A stretch of 64,000 nt of DNA from a virus (lineage: Duplodnaviria; Caudoviricetes): the IMG/VR virus record IMGVR_UViG_3300037067_026010, positions 128,001 through 192,000 of that record. One strand, 5' to 3'. Position 1 is the first letter of the stretch; every line of letters starts with the position of its first letter. A program made the position numbers and the translations under genes. Below, piece by piece: positions 47,929 through 58,131 of the stretch. Under the pieces are notes generated by a model. It was not told where the DNA came from, did not search any database, and worked only from the letters and a program-made list of their open reading frames with translations.

Positions 47929-48815
47929 TCGATATCGCCTCCACGCGCTAAAGTAATACAACGACTCATGCGCAAATGCTGCGGCTCCTGGACCATTTCC
48001 GTATCACCGCTGTCCACCCATTCTCGGTAGTGCATCCGCAGTGCCCGCATCGGCGGTATTTTAAATTTTATAGGGCAACCTTCCCAGAGCACCGGGGGTA
48101 GTGGCGCCTCCGTAGGCGTAATCTTGGCATCGGCATATATCGCCTGGCAGCACTGACATCTCCCTTGGCTGCGACATGTACCTCGGCCAATACCGCCACC
48201 GCATACGCTACAATAATGCGCCCACGGCGATGGCGCAAATGTCGTCCCGTACTCGGAAACTGCCACCGGGTTCCAGGCATAGCCGCTGACGGCATCGTGC
48301 AATAACTCCGCCGCTGGAGCACGCTCCGCTGCGCTAATGGTCTTATAGTCAGCCTTCAGCCACGCCGCGCCAACCGCCACGCGGGCCGCTATCTCGCCCG
48401 GCTGCCACAGGCAGAAACCTAGATGATATTTGCCGGTACGTGTACGCAACATTTGCGGCCACTCCTTCTCTGCGAGCCGCAAGGCCTCGGCACCGTTTCG
48501 CCAGAGCCGGACATCGCTGCCGAACCCCTCCTGCGGTGCGGCCGTTTGCACCGCGAAGGCGTAGCTTAGCTGTACGCCGGACGCCGACGTCCGCAACGAA
48601 AAAATATGCAAGCATCCGCGCACATATAGCGGCGGCCCCGCGAAATACAGCACCGTTGCCCCTTTCATGGCTCGCATGTATCGCAGTGTCCCGCGTATGC
48701 TTCCTGAGCCAAAGCCAGGTGCCACAGTTTGAATAACGTCAACCGACGCCGGCAGTGCCCGCTTCTGCAGTTCGGCTACTGCCTTTGCCGTGCGCGCATG
48801 CAGCTCTTTAGTCAT
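47919..48815 (-). CDS. Hypothetical protein inserted between sbcD and sbcC
   Basis: 298 aa, CSVC/CQCC; C-terminal RCITL. Confidence 0.75.
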   Translation of the reverse strand: MTKELHARTAKAVAELQKRALPASVDVIQTVAPGFGSGSIRGTLRYMRAMKGATVLYFAGPPLYVRGCLHIFSLRTSASGVQLSYAFAVQTAAPQEGFGSDVRLWRNGAEALRLAEKEWPQMLRTRTGKYHLGFCLWQPGEIAARVAVGAAWLKADYKTISAAERAPAAELLHDAVSGYAWNPVAVSEYGTTFAPSPWAHYCSVCGGGIGRGTCRSQGRCQCCQAIYADAKITPTEAPLPPVLWEGCPIKFKIPPMRALRMHYREWVDSGDTEMVQEPQHLRMSRCITLARGGDIECS

Positions 48816-49966
48816 GACGTCTCCCTGTGTTCACGGTACAACCGCGCAAGTTCAGCATACTTATCGTCGGCCTGCAATAAGCGCCGCAAAGCTACACGAT
48901 CTGCCGCATCGTCCGTAAGGGCATCCAAGCCCGCCAGTAGGTTGGCGAAGCCGTCCCGCACGGTGTCGTCCGGCGCGGTAAGCGCCGTAATCCCTACATC
49001 CTCCGTCCTCGGTTGTGCTTCGAGGAACAGATACCAGCGATCTCCGGCCGACTTTTGCAGTCTGGAGTATGCCTCGGGCAAATCGGAGGCGTACCGTACT
49101 CGAGCTATCGGCTTCCGTATATGCTCCGCAGTCGCAGCCCATGCCTCAGGCGTACCGTGTGACTCCCACAACCCGTCCGGCTGTACAGGATCGCGTGCCA
49201 AGTATTCCACGACGGCGTCGAGTGTCCTGCTATCCGATACGTCAAAAGCTAGCTTCGGCCGCGTATAGAAGCCTCGAGACTCCACGCGCAGTTCACAGCC
49301 CGGGCCGTCCAAATGCAGGATATAGAATTCCTTTGTAGCCGATTCGTCTATTGCCCGCAAATTCGTAGAACCGGGTGAAATCAGTCGTACTCGCTGCCCG
49401 GTCGCACCTTGCCCGTAAATCTGCTCGTGCTTGTGCCAATCTCCGGACAGGATCATAGACACGTGCGGCACGGATGCTACCGTCGCATCGGCTGTACCCA
49501 CAGCTTGCAGCTCGGCCCAAGAACAGTGCGTTGCCAATATGGTGGCCTGCGACGGAATATTATCCAACGCCGGCAGCATACCGCCCGGTTGGTAATCCAA
49601 TCCGTAAAGCCGTTGCCCGGGGCATACTTCGATAATGCGGTCGTGCAGATGCTGCGTCGCCGGAGCCGCTGCCGGCCACGGCGGGTTCCCGGCGACAACG
49701 CGGTCGTGATCGCCTTGAACGTAAAATAGCGGCAGCCTTGCTGCCTCCATGCGCTGTGCCCCCTGGTAGAAAGCACACCACGCCGCGGAGTCCGGCCGTG
49801 CCGTGTCGAAAATATCTCCCAGCAGCAGCCCGGGAACTGCATACTTCACGCAGTAATCGATGAACTGCGCAAAACTATCTTGGGAATCGCCGCAAAGCTC
49901 CGGGCGCCTTGCCCAATTGTGGCAATCCAAATGCAGATCGCCGGTTATTGCCAATATTGCTGCCAT
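48812..49966 (-). CDS. sbcD: SbcD/Mre11 nuclease
   Basis: GDLHL, GDIFD, GDHD, GDWH, PGS. Confidence 0.92.
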   Translation of the reverse strand: MAAILAITGDLHLDCHNWARRPELCGDSQDSFAQFIDYCVKYAVPGLLLGDIFDTARPDSAAWCAFYQGAQRMEAARLPLFYVQGDHDRVVAGNPPWPAAAPATQHLHDRIIEVCPGQRLYGLDYQPGGMLPALDNIPSQATILATHCSWAELQAVGTADATVASVPHVSMILSGDWHKHEQIYGQGATGQRVRLISPGSTNLRAIDESATKEFYILHLDGPGCELRVESRGFYTRPKLAFDVSDSRTLDAVVEYLARDPVQPDGLWESHGTPEAWAATAEHIRKPIARVRYASDLPEAYSRLQKSAGDRWYLFLEAQPRTEDVGITALTAPDDTVRDGFANLLAGLDALTDDAADRVALRRLLQADDKYAELARLYREHRETS

Positions 49967-49981
49967 GGTAATTAAGCACCG
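49966..49981. promoter_or_regulatory. 16-bp motif, copy 6
   Basis: TGGTAATTAAGCACCG spanning the upstream stop and abutting the sbcD ATG. Confidence 0.75.
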
Positions 49982-50337
49982 TCGTTGTCTTGTTGTACCT
50001 TGTGCTGCGCCTGCAGCATCTCGCTTAGCTTATGTAACGCCGCCGGCAAGAGACTGCCTACCGGTACGGCCTCGGGACAATCCGTCTTCCCGCATATCGG
50101 GCAAATCTCCTGCAACTGCCGAATGCGCCCGCCCTGCTGCTTCGTCAATTGCACTAACTCTGCGTCCAACTCGCTCTGGCACCGGATCATTTGCCGGGCA
50201 ATTCGGCCCGCCACGTAATAAGGCAAGCGTCCCCCGTCCTCCGTCAATCCGTGATAAAGCCGAGCAGCAGCGCTCAGCAAAACATGTTCCCGGAATGCCG
50301 TCTTGGCATACAGAGCGTTAAAAAAGGTTTTTGTCAT
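49972..50337 (-). CDS. Hypothetical protein
   Basis: 121 aa, CPICG. Confidence 0.75.
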   Translation of the reverse strand: MTKTFFNALYAKTAFREHVLLSAAARLYHGLTEDGGRLPYYVAGRIARQMIRCQSELDAELVQLTKQQGGRIRQLQEICPICGKTDCPEAVPVGSLLPAALHKLSEMLQAQHKVQQDNDGA

Positions 50338-50461
50338 ATCATCCGCTCCCTAAAAACAGCAACGGCCCAGTGCGTCAAACACGGGGCCGTTGCGCGGTTC
50401 GGAATAGTATCGGCAAGATGCCGAAGGGATAACGCAATGGTACTGGGTGCGCCGTTCGCCG

Positions 50462-51925
50462 TCAATCCCCCGTATTTGCAATAGCCGTCGTGCTGTAAAA
50501 CTCTTTGGCATCAACGAATCGAACCTCCCCGCCGTGCTTGGCGACAAAGTCCGCACCCGGCAATTGTCGCTGCCGCCAGTCCACGCCCTTCACAAGAATA
50601 TCCGGCCGTATGGTCCGCACAAGTGGTTCAACGTCCCCGTCAAATAAGAAAGCCGCGGTCACCGGCGCAAATTGCGCGACGTCCTGCAACCGTGTTTGCT
50701 CATCCACGACAGGGCGCGTTTCTCCCTTGAGCATGCGTACCGACGCGTCGGTATTCACTGCCACCAGTAACATATCGCCGCAAGCCGACGCCTCCTGTAA
50801 GAGCCGCAGGTGTCCCTGATGCAGTAAATCAAAACACCCATTCGTAAATACGATGCGCTTCCCTTGTCGCCTCGCCCTTGCTATCAGGCTCGGCACTGCT
50901 TGGAGCATTATACATTTCCCGGCCCATCCCGCCGCAGCCAGGATGGCCTCGTCCCACGCATCGCGCGTGGGCACATGCACCCCAGTATGCCGGACCGCTA
51001 GCTCGGCAGCGATATTTGCCCGTCGGCAGCTGTCCTCTATAGCCGCACTCGGATTCTCGAGAATGTCAGTAACAAGCGCCGCCATGAACGTATCGCCGGC
51101 GCCCGTCGGATCGCCTACCTGGCAAACGTTTGCGGGCACGTGGTCTACCGCTGACGCCGTCGCCGCCGCACACCCTTCCGATCCACAAGTTACCACAGCG
51201 ACGTGCGGCGACAACCGCGCACGAATTTGTAGAGCCGCTGCCAAGCCACGCTCGCGAATGTCCGGATGCGCCAATGCCGGGTGCACGTCGTCCGCCAAAA
51301 ACATCATGGCATCCGGTATGTTGCATTTGACGAGAGTGGCCTGCGTGTAGTACTGCAACTGAGATGCGCAAACGTCGGCAAATAACGGTATATGCGCGGC
51401 AGCACACTGCCCTTGGAGCCAGCGCAGCAGATCGGGAGACAGTGCTCCGCGGCCGTAGTCGCCGATGACCACTGCCCCGATATTGCTTGGATCGCGCCAT
51501 ATTTCCGCCAACACCTGCAACAGTGCGTCCTCGGACGGACCAATGCCACCCGCACTCATACAAAACAACTGCTGACCTTCGCAAACGATCCGAGTTTTCT
51601 CGGCCGTCGCGCCGGATACGCGCACCAGTCGCACGACGCAGCCGCGAGCCTGCAACCACGAAATCAGCGTATTTCCAGAAGCGTCGTCCCCGACAGCCCC
51701 GAGCACGAAAACGCGCGGAGCGCATCGACAATGCTCGGGGTCGTACAGGTTACTCAGGTTTGCCGCCAAATTTCCGGCTCCGCCGGGATTGCCACCATAT
51801 CCCGCGATCTGCAACACCGGCACCGGGGCTTCCCGCGAAATTCCGGTAAGACTCCCGAATATCCAGCGGTCGTAGATCATATCGCCGATGCACAATATAG
51901 CCTTACCGTCCACCATGGCTTTCAT
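50462..51925 (-). CDS. hldE: Bifunctional heptose kinase/adenylyltransferase
   Basis: ISREAPVPV, GGAGNLAANL, DPTGAGD (PfkB) plus FTNGCFDLLHQGH, LKGETRP, PDILVKG, YSTT. Confidence 0.93.
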   Translation of the reverse strand: MKAMVDGKAILCIGDMIYDRWIFGSLTGISREAPVPVLQIAGYGGNPGGAGNLAANLSNLYDPEHCRCAPRVFVLGAVGDDASGNTLISWLQARGCVVRLVRVSGATAEKTRIVCEGQQLFCMSAGGIGPSEDALLQVLAEIWRDPSNIGAVVIGDYGRGALSPDLLRWLQGQCAAAHIPLFADVCASQLQYYTQATLVKCNIPDAMMFLADDVHPALAHPDIRERGLAAALQIRARLSPHVAVVTCGSEGCAAATASAVDHVPANVCQVGDPTGAGDTFMAALVTDILENPSAAIEDSCRRANIAAELAVRHTGVHVPTRDAWDEAILAAAGWAGKCIMLQAVPSLIARARRQGKRIVFTNGCFDLLHQGHLRLLQEASACGDMLLVAVNTDASVRMLKGETRPVVDEQTRLQDVAQFAPVTAAFLFDGDVEPLVRTIRPDILVKGVDWRQRQLPGADFVAKHGGEVRFVDAKEFYSTTAIANTGD

Positions 51926-53010
51926 TCCCTGCAAGTTACTTCCAATAAATAGGTCTGCCCGTCAACCTGGAAGATATACTCCCCTGTAATATTCTTACGA
52001 GGAGGAACATCCGCCAACACTTCGGTCGTTGCGCCCGCGCTGAGCAGCTGGGCGTCCACGTACGGGCCCGTTTCGCCATTCACGACGGAGACTGCAGCAT
52101 ATTTACCGTCGGGATAAACGACGGCGAATGGGCGTATCATGCCGCCGATGGGGACATTTCCCATCGCCTGCGTCAGCGCCAGTGCTTGCTGCACCTGCGC
52201 CATGTCCGCTTTGGAAATGCGTAGTAGCGCACGACCGGCTACCGTACGCTCATCCACGGTACGCCGCGGATGGTCCGCCTCGCTTACTGCGGTCAGATGG
52301 GTACGATTCAAATCTTTCATATCCTCGCCTTCATCCGACCTGAAATCCGCATACAGCTTGCCCTCATACTCGGTCAGCCCCGTACAGGTACCTCGGATTT
52401 GCCGGCGTTGTGGCGTCGTATAGATACAACGTTGCCCGATCGCCAATATAGGCGCGGCTGGCGTATCCGCGACGCCGGCGGCCACGGGCACAACGGTCGC
52501 ACCGGCTACAGGGGCCACAGCGCCGGTACTTGCCGGTGCTGGCACTGGGGCTGCCACAGGCACAACATCCGCGCCACTAGCCACAGGTGCTGCTGCTTCA
52601 CCTGCCAATTCCCCAGCCAAGTAGGCCGGGCCGAGCTGCTCCAGAAACTGGTCGCAAGTCAACGGCGGTTCCAGGCCTTGCGACTCCGCCTCCCTGACCA
52701 TGTCCACATAGAGTACCAGAAAATCTGAACACTCCTCGGCGGACCACTGCCGCTTCCCCGCCTTCTTTGCGACGGAACTGCTTCTGGGGCAATGATAATA
52801 GAGGGCATCCGCCGGGTGTTTGCGATTCTTCTCGTCGTGATCCGCCAGCGGAGCAAATTTTTCCAGAAATCTCTCGAATGTGAGGTCGTCCGATAGTTGC
52901 CGTTGCCATAAATACGTCGTCAACAGCGATATTTTGGCGCTGTCTGTCCGGTATTGTTCACAACCCGGTTGTTTACTGAATTGTTTCAGAGCTTCCGCCA
53001 CAGTTTGCAT
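51922..53010 (-). CDS. Hypothetical protein
   Basis: 362 aa, AAGGA SD. Confidence 0.8.
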   Translation of the reverse strand: MQTVAEALKQFSKQPGCEQYRTDSAKISLLTTYLWQRQLSDDLTFERFLEKFAPLADHDEKNRKHPADALYYHCPRSSSVAKKAGKRQWSAEECSDFLVLYVDMVREAESQGLEPPLTCDQFLEQLGPAYLAGELAGEAAAPVASGADVVPVAAPVPAPASTGAVAPVAGATVVPVAAGVADTPAAPILAIGQRCIYTTPQRRQIRGTCTGLTEYEGKLYADFRSDEGEDMKDLNRTHLTAVSEADHPRRTVDERTVAGRALLRISKADMAQVQQALALTQAMGNVPIGGMIRPFAVVYPDGKYAAVSVVNGETGPYVDAQLLSAGATTEVLADVPPRKNITGEYIFQVDGQTYLLEVTCRE

Positions 53011-53033
53011 CGTTTTTCCTTTCAGATAGTAAA

Positions 53034-53966
53034 TTAGGACACACGTCGCCTACGGAACCGACCGTAGGTGGCCAACATCCGTGCACCGCGGAAAAGCTGC
53101 CCATCGATTTCCGTCGCAGCCCGTGCGGCAAGCAATTCCGCCGTCATGCGCACATCCCCGCTAAGTAACTGCCTCGGATAGCGCAACGTACGAATTACCG
53201 CCTGGCATACTACGGAACGACTCGGTCGCACGTGTCGGCGGTATTTACCGCTCTCTAACGTTAATAGGGCCTTTGCCGGTATCTGGAATAACTGGCGGTG
53301 GGTGAAGCGCCAACCACTGTGGCAAGCTTCCACTGTCGTAAAAAACAAAGCGCCGCATACGGTCCCGCTGCGCACCAGCTTACGCATAACTACTGCACGT
53401 TGCTGGCAAACACTGGTCATCAGGTATCGTACCCATGCCGCCTCCGTAGGGTATCGGGAGCGTTCCTCGGCGTGCGCAGGTAGCCACGGATACACCACCA
53501 CCCTGCGGCGCTCTACAAGGTGGTATGCAAATTCCGCCGTGTCGCTTAACCGGATTGCACGCATCGGTCGGCCATATTCGTCGATAGCCTCGGAGCTTCC
53601 CGGTTTGGGGAAGGCATGATCCACGCTCTCCCACAATTCCGAGGCTCTGCGAGCATAACAGAAAGGGCACAAGTAATCCAGGCGGCAACATCGTGTTAAC
53701 GGCATGGCAAATGCAAAGGTAGGGCAGCAGTTGCGCAAATACGTATTACACATGCGCGTCCCCGGTGGGTGCCATCCGCACGACATCAACGCCGACACTC
53801 GCGCGCGCCAAATCGTAAGTAAGCGGGTGGTACGGCGGCGGACACCTGCATCGTTTGTTGCAGGCCGGCCGGTCAACGGATAGAGCACCGCTGCCCGCTG
53901 CACCCGTGCTGCATAGGTATGCGGCACCCAGTCCAACTTGAACGCGATATCCGTTTTTCTGGCCAT
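53034..53966 (-). CDS. Hypothetical protein resembling degenerate HUH rolling-circle Rep
   Basis: CRLDYLCPFC, GALFFTTVE...WRFTHRQL, RYPR, RMLATYGRFR. Confidence 0.5.
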   Translation of the reverse strand: MARKTDIAFKLDWVPHTYAARVQRAAVLYPLTGRPATNDAGVRRRTTRLLTIWRARVSALMSCGWHPPGTRMCNTYLRNCCPTFAFAMPLTRCCRLDYLCPFCYARRASELWESVDHAFPKPGSSEAIDEYGRPMRAIRLSDTAEFAYHLVERRRVVVYPWLPAHAEERSRYPTEAAWVRYLMTSVCQQRAVVMRKLVRSGTVCGALFFTTVEACHSGWRFTHRQLFQIPAKALLTLESGKYRRHVRPSRSVVCQAVIRTLRYPRQLLSGDVRMTAELLAARAATEIDGQLFRGARMLATYGRFRRRRVS

Positions 53967-53988
53967 GAGAAGTCTCCCGCGTGCCCGC

Positions 53989-54330
53989 CTATTTTGCCAC
54001 CGACTTGGGCTTCTGTCCAGACTGCGCGCATACGGCCGTCCTGGCGAGCACCATCACCGCCACGTCCGCAATATCCGTCTGCACGCGAATAATGCGTCGA
54101 AGAAGCTCCATGGCCGTCATATCCGGCTCCTCGCAAAGTTCCGCGATCAGGAAGCGAAATAGTCCGTCGCCCCGCGCGTCCGCTAGGTACTGCAGATACT
54201 CGCTGCCGGTCTCGTTTTCTTCGGGTGGCCGCACACCCAACATGTCGCTATCGGGATAGGCCTGCCACACATTTAACGGGCTAACAACGCTTTTTTGCTT
54301 TTTTGCTTTTTTGTGTTTTCGTTTTGACAT
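53989..54330 (-). CDS. Hypothetical protein
   Basis: 113 aa. Confidence 0.7.
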   Translation of the reverse strand: MSKRKHKKAKKQKSVVSPLNVWQAYPDSDMLGVRPPEENETGSEYLQYLADARGDGLFRFLIAELCEEPDMTAMELLRRIIRVQTDIADVAVMVLARTAVCAQSGQKPKSVAK

Positions 54331-55204
54331 GGTCCAAAGTGGCGCGATAGCACCGGTTAAGTTTGTCTTGTGGTAATTGACCAGTACGGTCTACCCATAC
54401 TTCTTCTGGAAGTGGCCGGGCCCGGGCCTCGGCGGCAAGCCACGTGCAAAATGAGCCCAAACAACTGTAACGTTTACAGAGCCACGCGCTGGTCTGCGCT
54501 GCCACCGGTCTGTATTCAGCCATGAATTCCTGAAAAGGTCGCAATCTACGATGCGCTTTTTGCCCATATAACAGGTTGATCAAGCGAAAATGATCTGCGA
54601 TATAGCTAATAGCGCCATCGACCGTGCGCGCGCTATATGCGGAACGAAGCTCAGGAAACTCCGAAATAATCCAGGCCAGCTGGTAGGCGAGCTGGTGCAC
54701 GCGATACGCAGAAAGGCGTTGCGCGGACTGCTTGCGCTTACGCCTTTTACAAACCGTAGGATTATACACCACCTCGTAGCAGCCACACACGCTCGACCAC
54801 CTGACGTAGCACCCGTGATCCTGCAGGGACTTTTGATAGGATTTTACCGGGTGCTGCACACGGATATTGCCGAGCTTCGCGAGGTTTGCCAAAACCGCTA
54901 TATCGTCGTAACTACGCACCTCTGCCGTGGCCTTGTCGTCTATTTGTATCTGCATGACATGCTCAGGGTCATACGGCCAGCCCGCGTAGGATAGTCTGTG
55001 GTTATGCAATATCGCGTGATCAGTCGGCCACCGCCCTTCTATAGCCCGCACCAGATCTTCGAGGCTTTGCATATTATCGAAAAAAACCAAATCCTCACTG
55101 GGGGTTGCCACAACGACTTCCCGCTTGGTTACTCGCTGCCATGACGTACTTGTCGCGCCTTCATCGCGCGGCAAGCGCCGAAACACCATTGTTTTATCGA
55201 ACAT
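54281..55204 (-). CDS. Hypothetical protein
   Basis: 307 aa. Confidence 0.75.
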   Translation of the reverse strand: MFDKTMVFRRLPRDEGATSTSWQRVTKREVVVATPSEDLVFFDNMQSLEDLVRAIEGRWPTDHAILHNHRLSYAGWPYDPEHVMQIQIDDKATAEVRSYDDIAVLANLAKLGNIRVQHPVKSYQKSLQDHGCYVRWSSVCGCYEVVYNPTVCKRRKRKQSAQRLSAYRVHQLAYQLAWIISEFPELRSAYSARTVDGAISYIADHFRLINLLYGQKAHRRLRPFQEFMAEYRPVAAQTSAWLCKRYSCLGSFCTWLAAEARARPLPEEVWVDRTGQLPQDKLNRCYRATLDHVKTKTQKSKKAKKRC

Positions 55205-55243
55205 GATCAATTTTGCCGCATGCCTTGGAAGAGTGTAAGAAAG

Positions 55244-55274
55244 AAAAAAAGCACTGCCCGTTGAGGGCAGTGCT
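55244..55274 (-). terminator. Intrinsic terminator
   Basis: AGCACTGCCC-TCAAC-GGGCAGTGCT plus T run. Confidence 0.85.
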
Positions 55275-55307
55275 TCACTTATCCGTTATACGCTATGCAC
55301 ACATAGG

Positions 55308-56048
55308 CTAATTGTGGGGCAATGCCAGCACCGCCTTCGTGAGGTTCGCCGTCAGCCGAGTAAGAATCTCCTGACCCTCTTTCGACTTGGACAGCCGATG
55401 CTTGGCCAAAGTCGCCTGCGCTTGGCGCAACAGCATCGGAATATTGCATAGACGCCGTTTCCATTCGTAAGCCAATTGCTGCGCCTCGTCCTTGGTCTGC
55501 CGCGCCTTTTGTATCTGTCGTTGCAGCCGCCGCATTTCCGCAGTCGTCGGCAGCGTCTTCCGTAGCGTCACGCTGCCGCGCCAAATCTCTGCGGGGCCTG
55601 AAGCCGTAGGCGACACCTGCAACGTGCACCGCACGACGTATCCCTTGGTAATGGGGCACGCAGACTCGACCACTGGAGCCGCAGGTTTTTCCTGCAACTC
55701 GCCCGATGCGTCGAATTGTACTTTGGTGTGCTTATTGCAGCTCTCCAAGGCCGTCCGCAACGTTTCCTGCTCGTGTGCCCACGCATTTTCGCAAAACTGG
55801 CGCACGCACGTGTCCAATTGCGCTGCGTGCTGTTTCAGGACTTGTTCCGCACGAGCAACATCCGCCACGGCCCGTGCGATTTGGCTATTGGCTTCCGCTT
55901 CCGCCTGGGACTCCACGACAGCCAAAACGTCGTCCTTATCCACGGTAACGTTCATGGCCAGCAACGCAATTTCACCGCCCGTGCTCGCTCCCAAGGGCCG
56001 TTCCGGGGGCAACATCTCCACGACCTTGTTTGCTTTCTTCTTACTCAT
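55308..56048 (-). CDS. Coiled-coil hypothetical protein
   Basis: 246 aa, AAGGAG SD. Confidence 0.8.
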   Translation of the reverse strand: MSKKKANKVVEMLPPERPLGASTGGEIALLAMNVTVDKDDVLAVVESQAEAEANSQIARAVADVARAEQVLKQHAAQLDTCVRQFCENAWAHEQETLRTALESCNKHTKVQFDASGELQEKPAAPVVESACPITKGYVVRCTLQVSPTASGPAEIWRGSVTLRKTLPTTAEMRRLQRQIQKARQTKDEAQQLAYEWKRRLCNIPMLLRQAQATLAKHRLSKSKEGQEILTRLTANLTKAVLALPHN

Positions 56049-56105
56049 GTGCGCGTCTCCTTAAAAGGATCAAAAAATTGGATTCAAATCTCTTGCACTT
56101 CTCGC

Positions 56106-56360
56106 TTAATCGTCGTACGCCGGGTCGTCCGGGGCGTGTTCGTAACGCTGTAACGTTTCCGCCAGCTTTAGCGTCTGGTCGGCTAAATATGCCATGCGGT
56201 TCGGAATAGATTGCAGCACAATTTGTGCTTCTACGCAATCCCCGACCTGCAGCAGCTGTTCTATCTGCGCCAAATCCTCTGCGGCGCGTCGGCAGTGTAA
56301 GCAAAGCAGGTCTCGATGCTGTTGCAAAATGGGTTCTAATTGCTGTTTCGTAACTGCCAT
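56106..56360 (-). CDS. Hypothetical protein
   Basis: 84 aa. Confidence 0.7.
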   Translation of the reverse strand: MAVTKQQLEPILQQHRDLLCLHCRRAAEDLAQIEQLLQVGDCVEAQIVLQSIPNRMAYLADQTLKLAETLQRYEHAPDDPAYDD

Positions 56361-56369
56361 AATCTGTCT

Positions 56370-56858
56370 TTACGAGAGGGGGTGCACTTCCCGGACACGC
56401 CGGCTTTCGCAGGCATTCTCGAGATCAATGATAGCCGTTGGATCCTCTTGCGTGATATCCGACCACACGAACAGCTGCAATCGTCCGCTACGCAGATCCA
56501 ATAAAATAGGTGCGGCATCCTCGCATTTCGCAACGCCGTAGCCTGCCATGGCAATTTCCACATGTGTCTTGCTCCACGTACAAGTTACCGGTATGCGCTG
56601 CTGCTCCATGCGCAAGACCTGGGTTACCGACACCTGCGCCGTACGCCGCAAGGTACGGGCCACATATGCAGCGCAAGCCGCCATTTGCTCGGCACAACCC
56701 GCCAGAAATTCATCTTTCTGTTGACCCTGCCCGTTTGAAGCAACCGTATTCAGGAAGTCTGCGACAGTATAATCTTCAGACGATCCTGTCGCAGCCAACC
56801 GGATGAACAGCTTTGAGGCTTTGCGCGAAAGCCCGGCGGCTGAATCGATTTTACTCAT
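56370..56858 (-). CDS. Hypothetical protein
   Basis: 162 aa. Confidence 0.75.
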   Translation of the reverse strand: MSKIDSAAGLSRKASKLFIRLAATGSSEDYTVADFLNTVASNGQGQQKDEFLAGCAEQMAACAAYVARTLRRTAQVSVTQVLRMEQQRIPVTCTWSKTHVEIAMAGYGVAKCEDAAPILLDLRSGRLQLFVWSDITQEDPTAIIDLENACESRRVREVHPLS

Positions 56859-56861
56859 AAA

Positions 56862-57146
56862 TTATCCTAAATCCGCTAAGGGCTTTGCCGGAATGCCGTA
56901 TACGCAGGCAATCAGGAAATCGTTAAGTACCGCACGGCCGCGCTCCGGATCCGTAAGTTCGGAACCGTCGCACAGCAGCAGTTCGTGGCCTTCGCTGTCC
57001 GTCAGTCGTAGATAGTCCCCGGCGATGAGCCCTCTCGGATCGTCCCGATCCTGGTACCCGGAGTAAATCCGCCGCCCGTTTGCCAGCTCGATGACCAGTT
57101 CGTCATTTTCGTCCAACAGGCTTTGCACGATGGTTTCCCGCGTCAT
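56862..57146 (-). CDS. Hypothetical protein
   Basis: 94 aa from MTRETI. Confidence 0.7.
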   Translation of the reverse strand: MTRETIVQSLLDENDELVIELANGRRIYSGYQDRDDPRGLIAGDYLRLTDSEGHELLLCDGSELTDPERGRAVLNDFLIACVYGIPAKPLADLG

Positions 57147-58131
57147 GCGTCGTTTCTCCCATGACAGCATTCCAGTTGTCTAATGGTATCCATCCCTTTA
57201 AATCGGCTTCCTGCATCGCCAGGTAGAGTGGCTTGGCCGCGATGCCCAATTCTTCCGGCATGCGATGCGCCACCCAGTAAATCTGCGCCTCCGTAATCGC
57301 GTCCGGCGTCGTGCCCACCACGTCGATAAGGTATTGTATCGCGGCCGCCTCCTTCAAGGCCAACGGCGTAACGCAGGGTTGCTTTGCCCTGCCGAGCACC
57401 TCCTCGGGACCGGGGGGCGGCTCGTCTCCAAGCAGCATCCGATTCAGTTTGTTCCCGGCAAGGTCATACTGTTCGTATGCCGTTCCGACATACAGGTAGG
57501 GACGCACGGCCTCGAAGACCCAGCGCGTCGGATCCGCGATCCGCCCGTCTGCAAGCACGATCCAGCCATGGTGCGACGACACTCTCGTTGCGAACATGCT
57601 CGTCGGAGCGATCGGCCCATGGTAGTGCCCATAACCTACGTGCGCACCGGGGAACAGGCCGGCTTCCACAGCACGGCGTGCTATTTCATAACAGCGCCCC
57701 GGCCAGTCCGCGACGGCGACGCCAATAGCTGTGGCAATGTCGCGCAGCTTCGGCATAGGCGCTTGAGGCGCTTTCGTCTCAGTCGCTGCCCGCTGATAAG
57801 CCGCCGTACGCCCGTTTCCACGGCGCAAGAGCTTCTGGGCGCGATAGACCTGCCGCAACACGTGCAGCAACGCCATGTGCTGCGCATCGCGTATAACCGC
57901 GGCAGACGGCTGCTTGCCCGCGGGCAACGGGGGCCACCGATGCTTTTGATAATAGGAGGCCACGGCCTCCGCAATGTTGATGCTCGGCGAGAGTTGCTTA
58001 AACAAAGTTGCATAATTCACGTAATGATCTGCGGGAACCGCAGCCACCACCTCCCCTTGCGAAATCCAATGATGCTTGGATTCGGCCATAGCCTTGTACT
58101 CCTTTAAGGGCAAGTGAACAAACACGCTCAA
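57103..58131 (-). CDS. Hypothetical protein with possible Cys-His-Asp (transglutaminase-like) triad
   Basis: WPGRCYE, HHGWI, IADPT. Confidence 0.6.
   Translation of the reverse strand: MSVFVHLPLKEYKAMAESKHHWISQGEVVAAVPADHYVNYATLFKQLSPSINIAEAVASYYQKHRWPPLPAGKQPSAAVIRDAQHMALLHVLRQVYRAQKLLRRGNGRTAAYQRAATETKAPQAPMPKLRDIATAIGVAVADWPGRCYEIARRAVEAGLFPGAHVGYGHYHGPIAPTSMFATRVSSHHGWIVLADGRIADPTRWVFEAVRPYLYVGTAYEQYDLAGNKLNRMLLGDEPPPGPEEVLGRAKQPCVTPLALKEAAAIQYLIDVVGTTPDAITEAQIYWVAHRMPEELGIAAKPLYLAMQEADLKGWIPLDNWNAVMGETTHDAGNHRAKPVGRK

Noticed and set aside
6345-58107. Long + strand ORFs (e.g. 6345..7406, 33459..34706, 46305..47615, 57265..58107)
   Set aside because: Antisense shadows of well-supported - strand genes in GC-rich DNA
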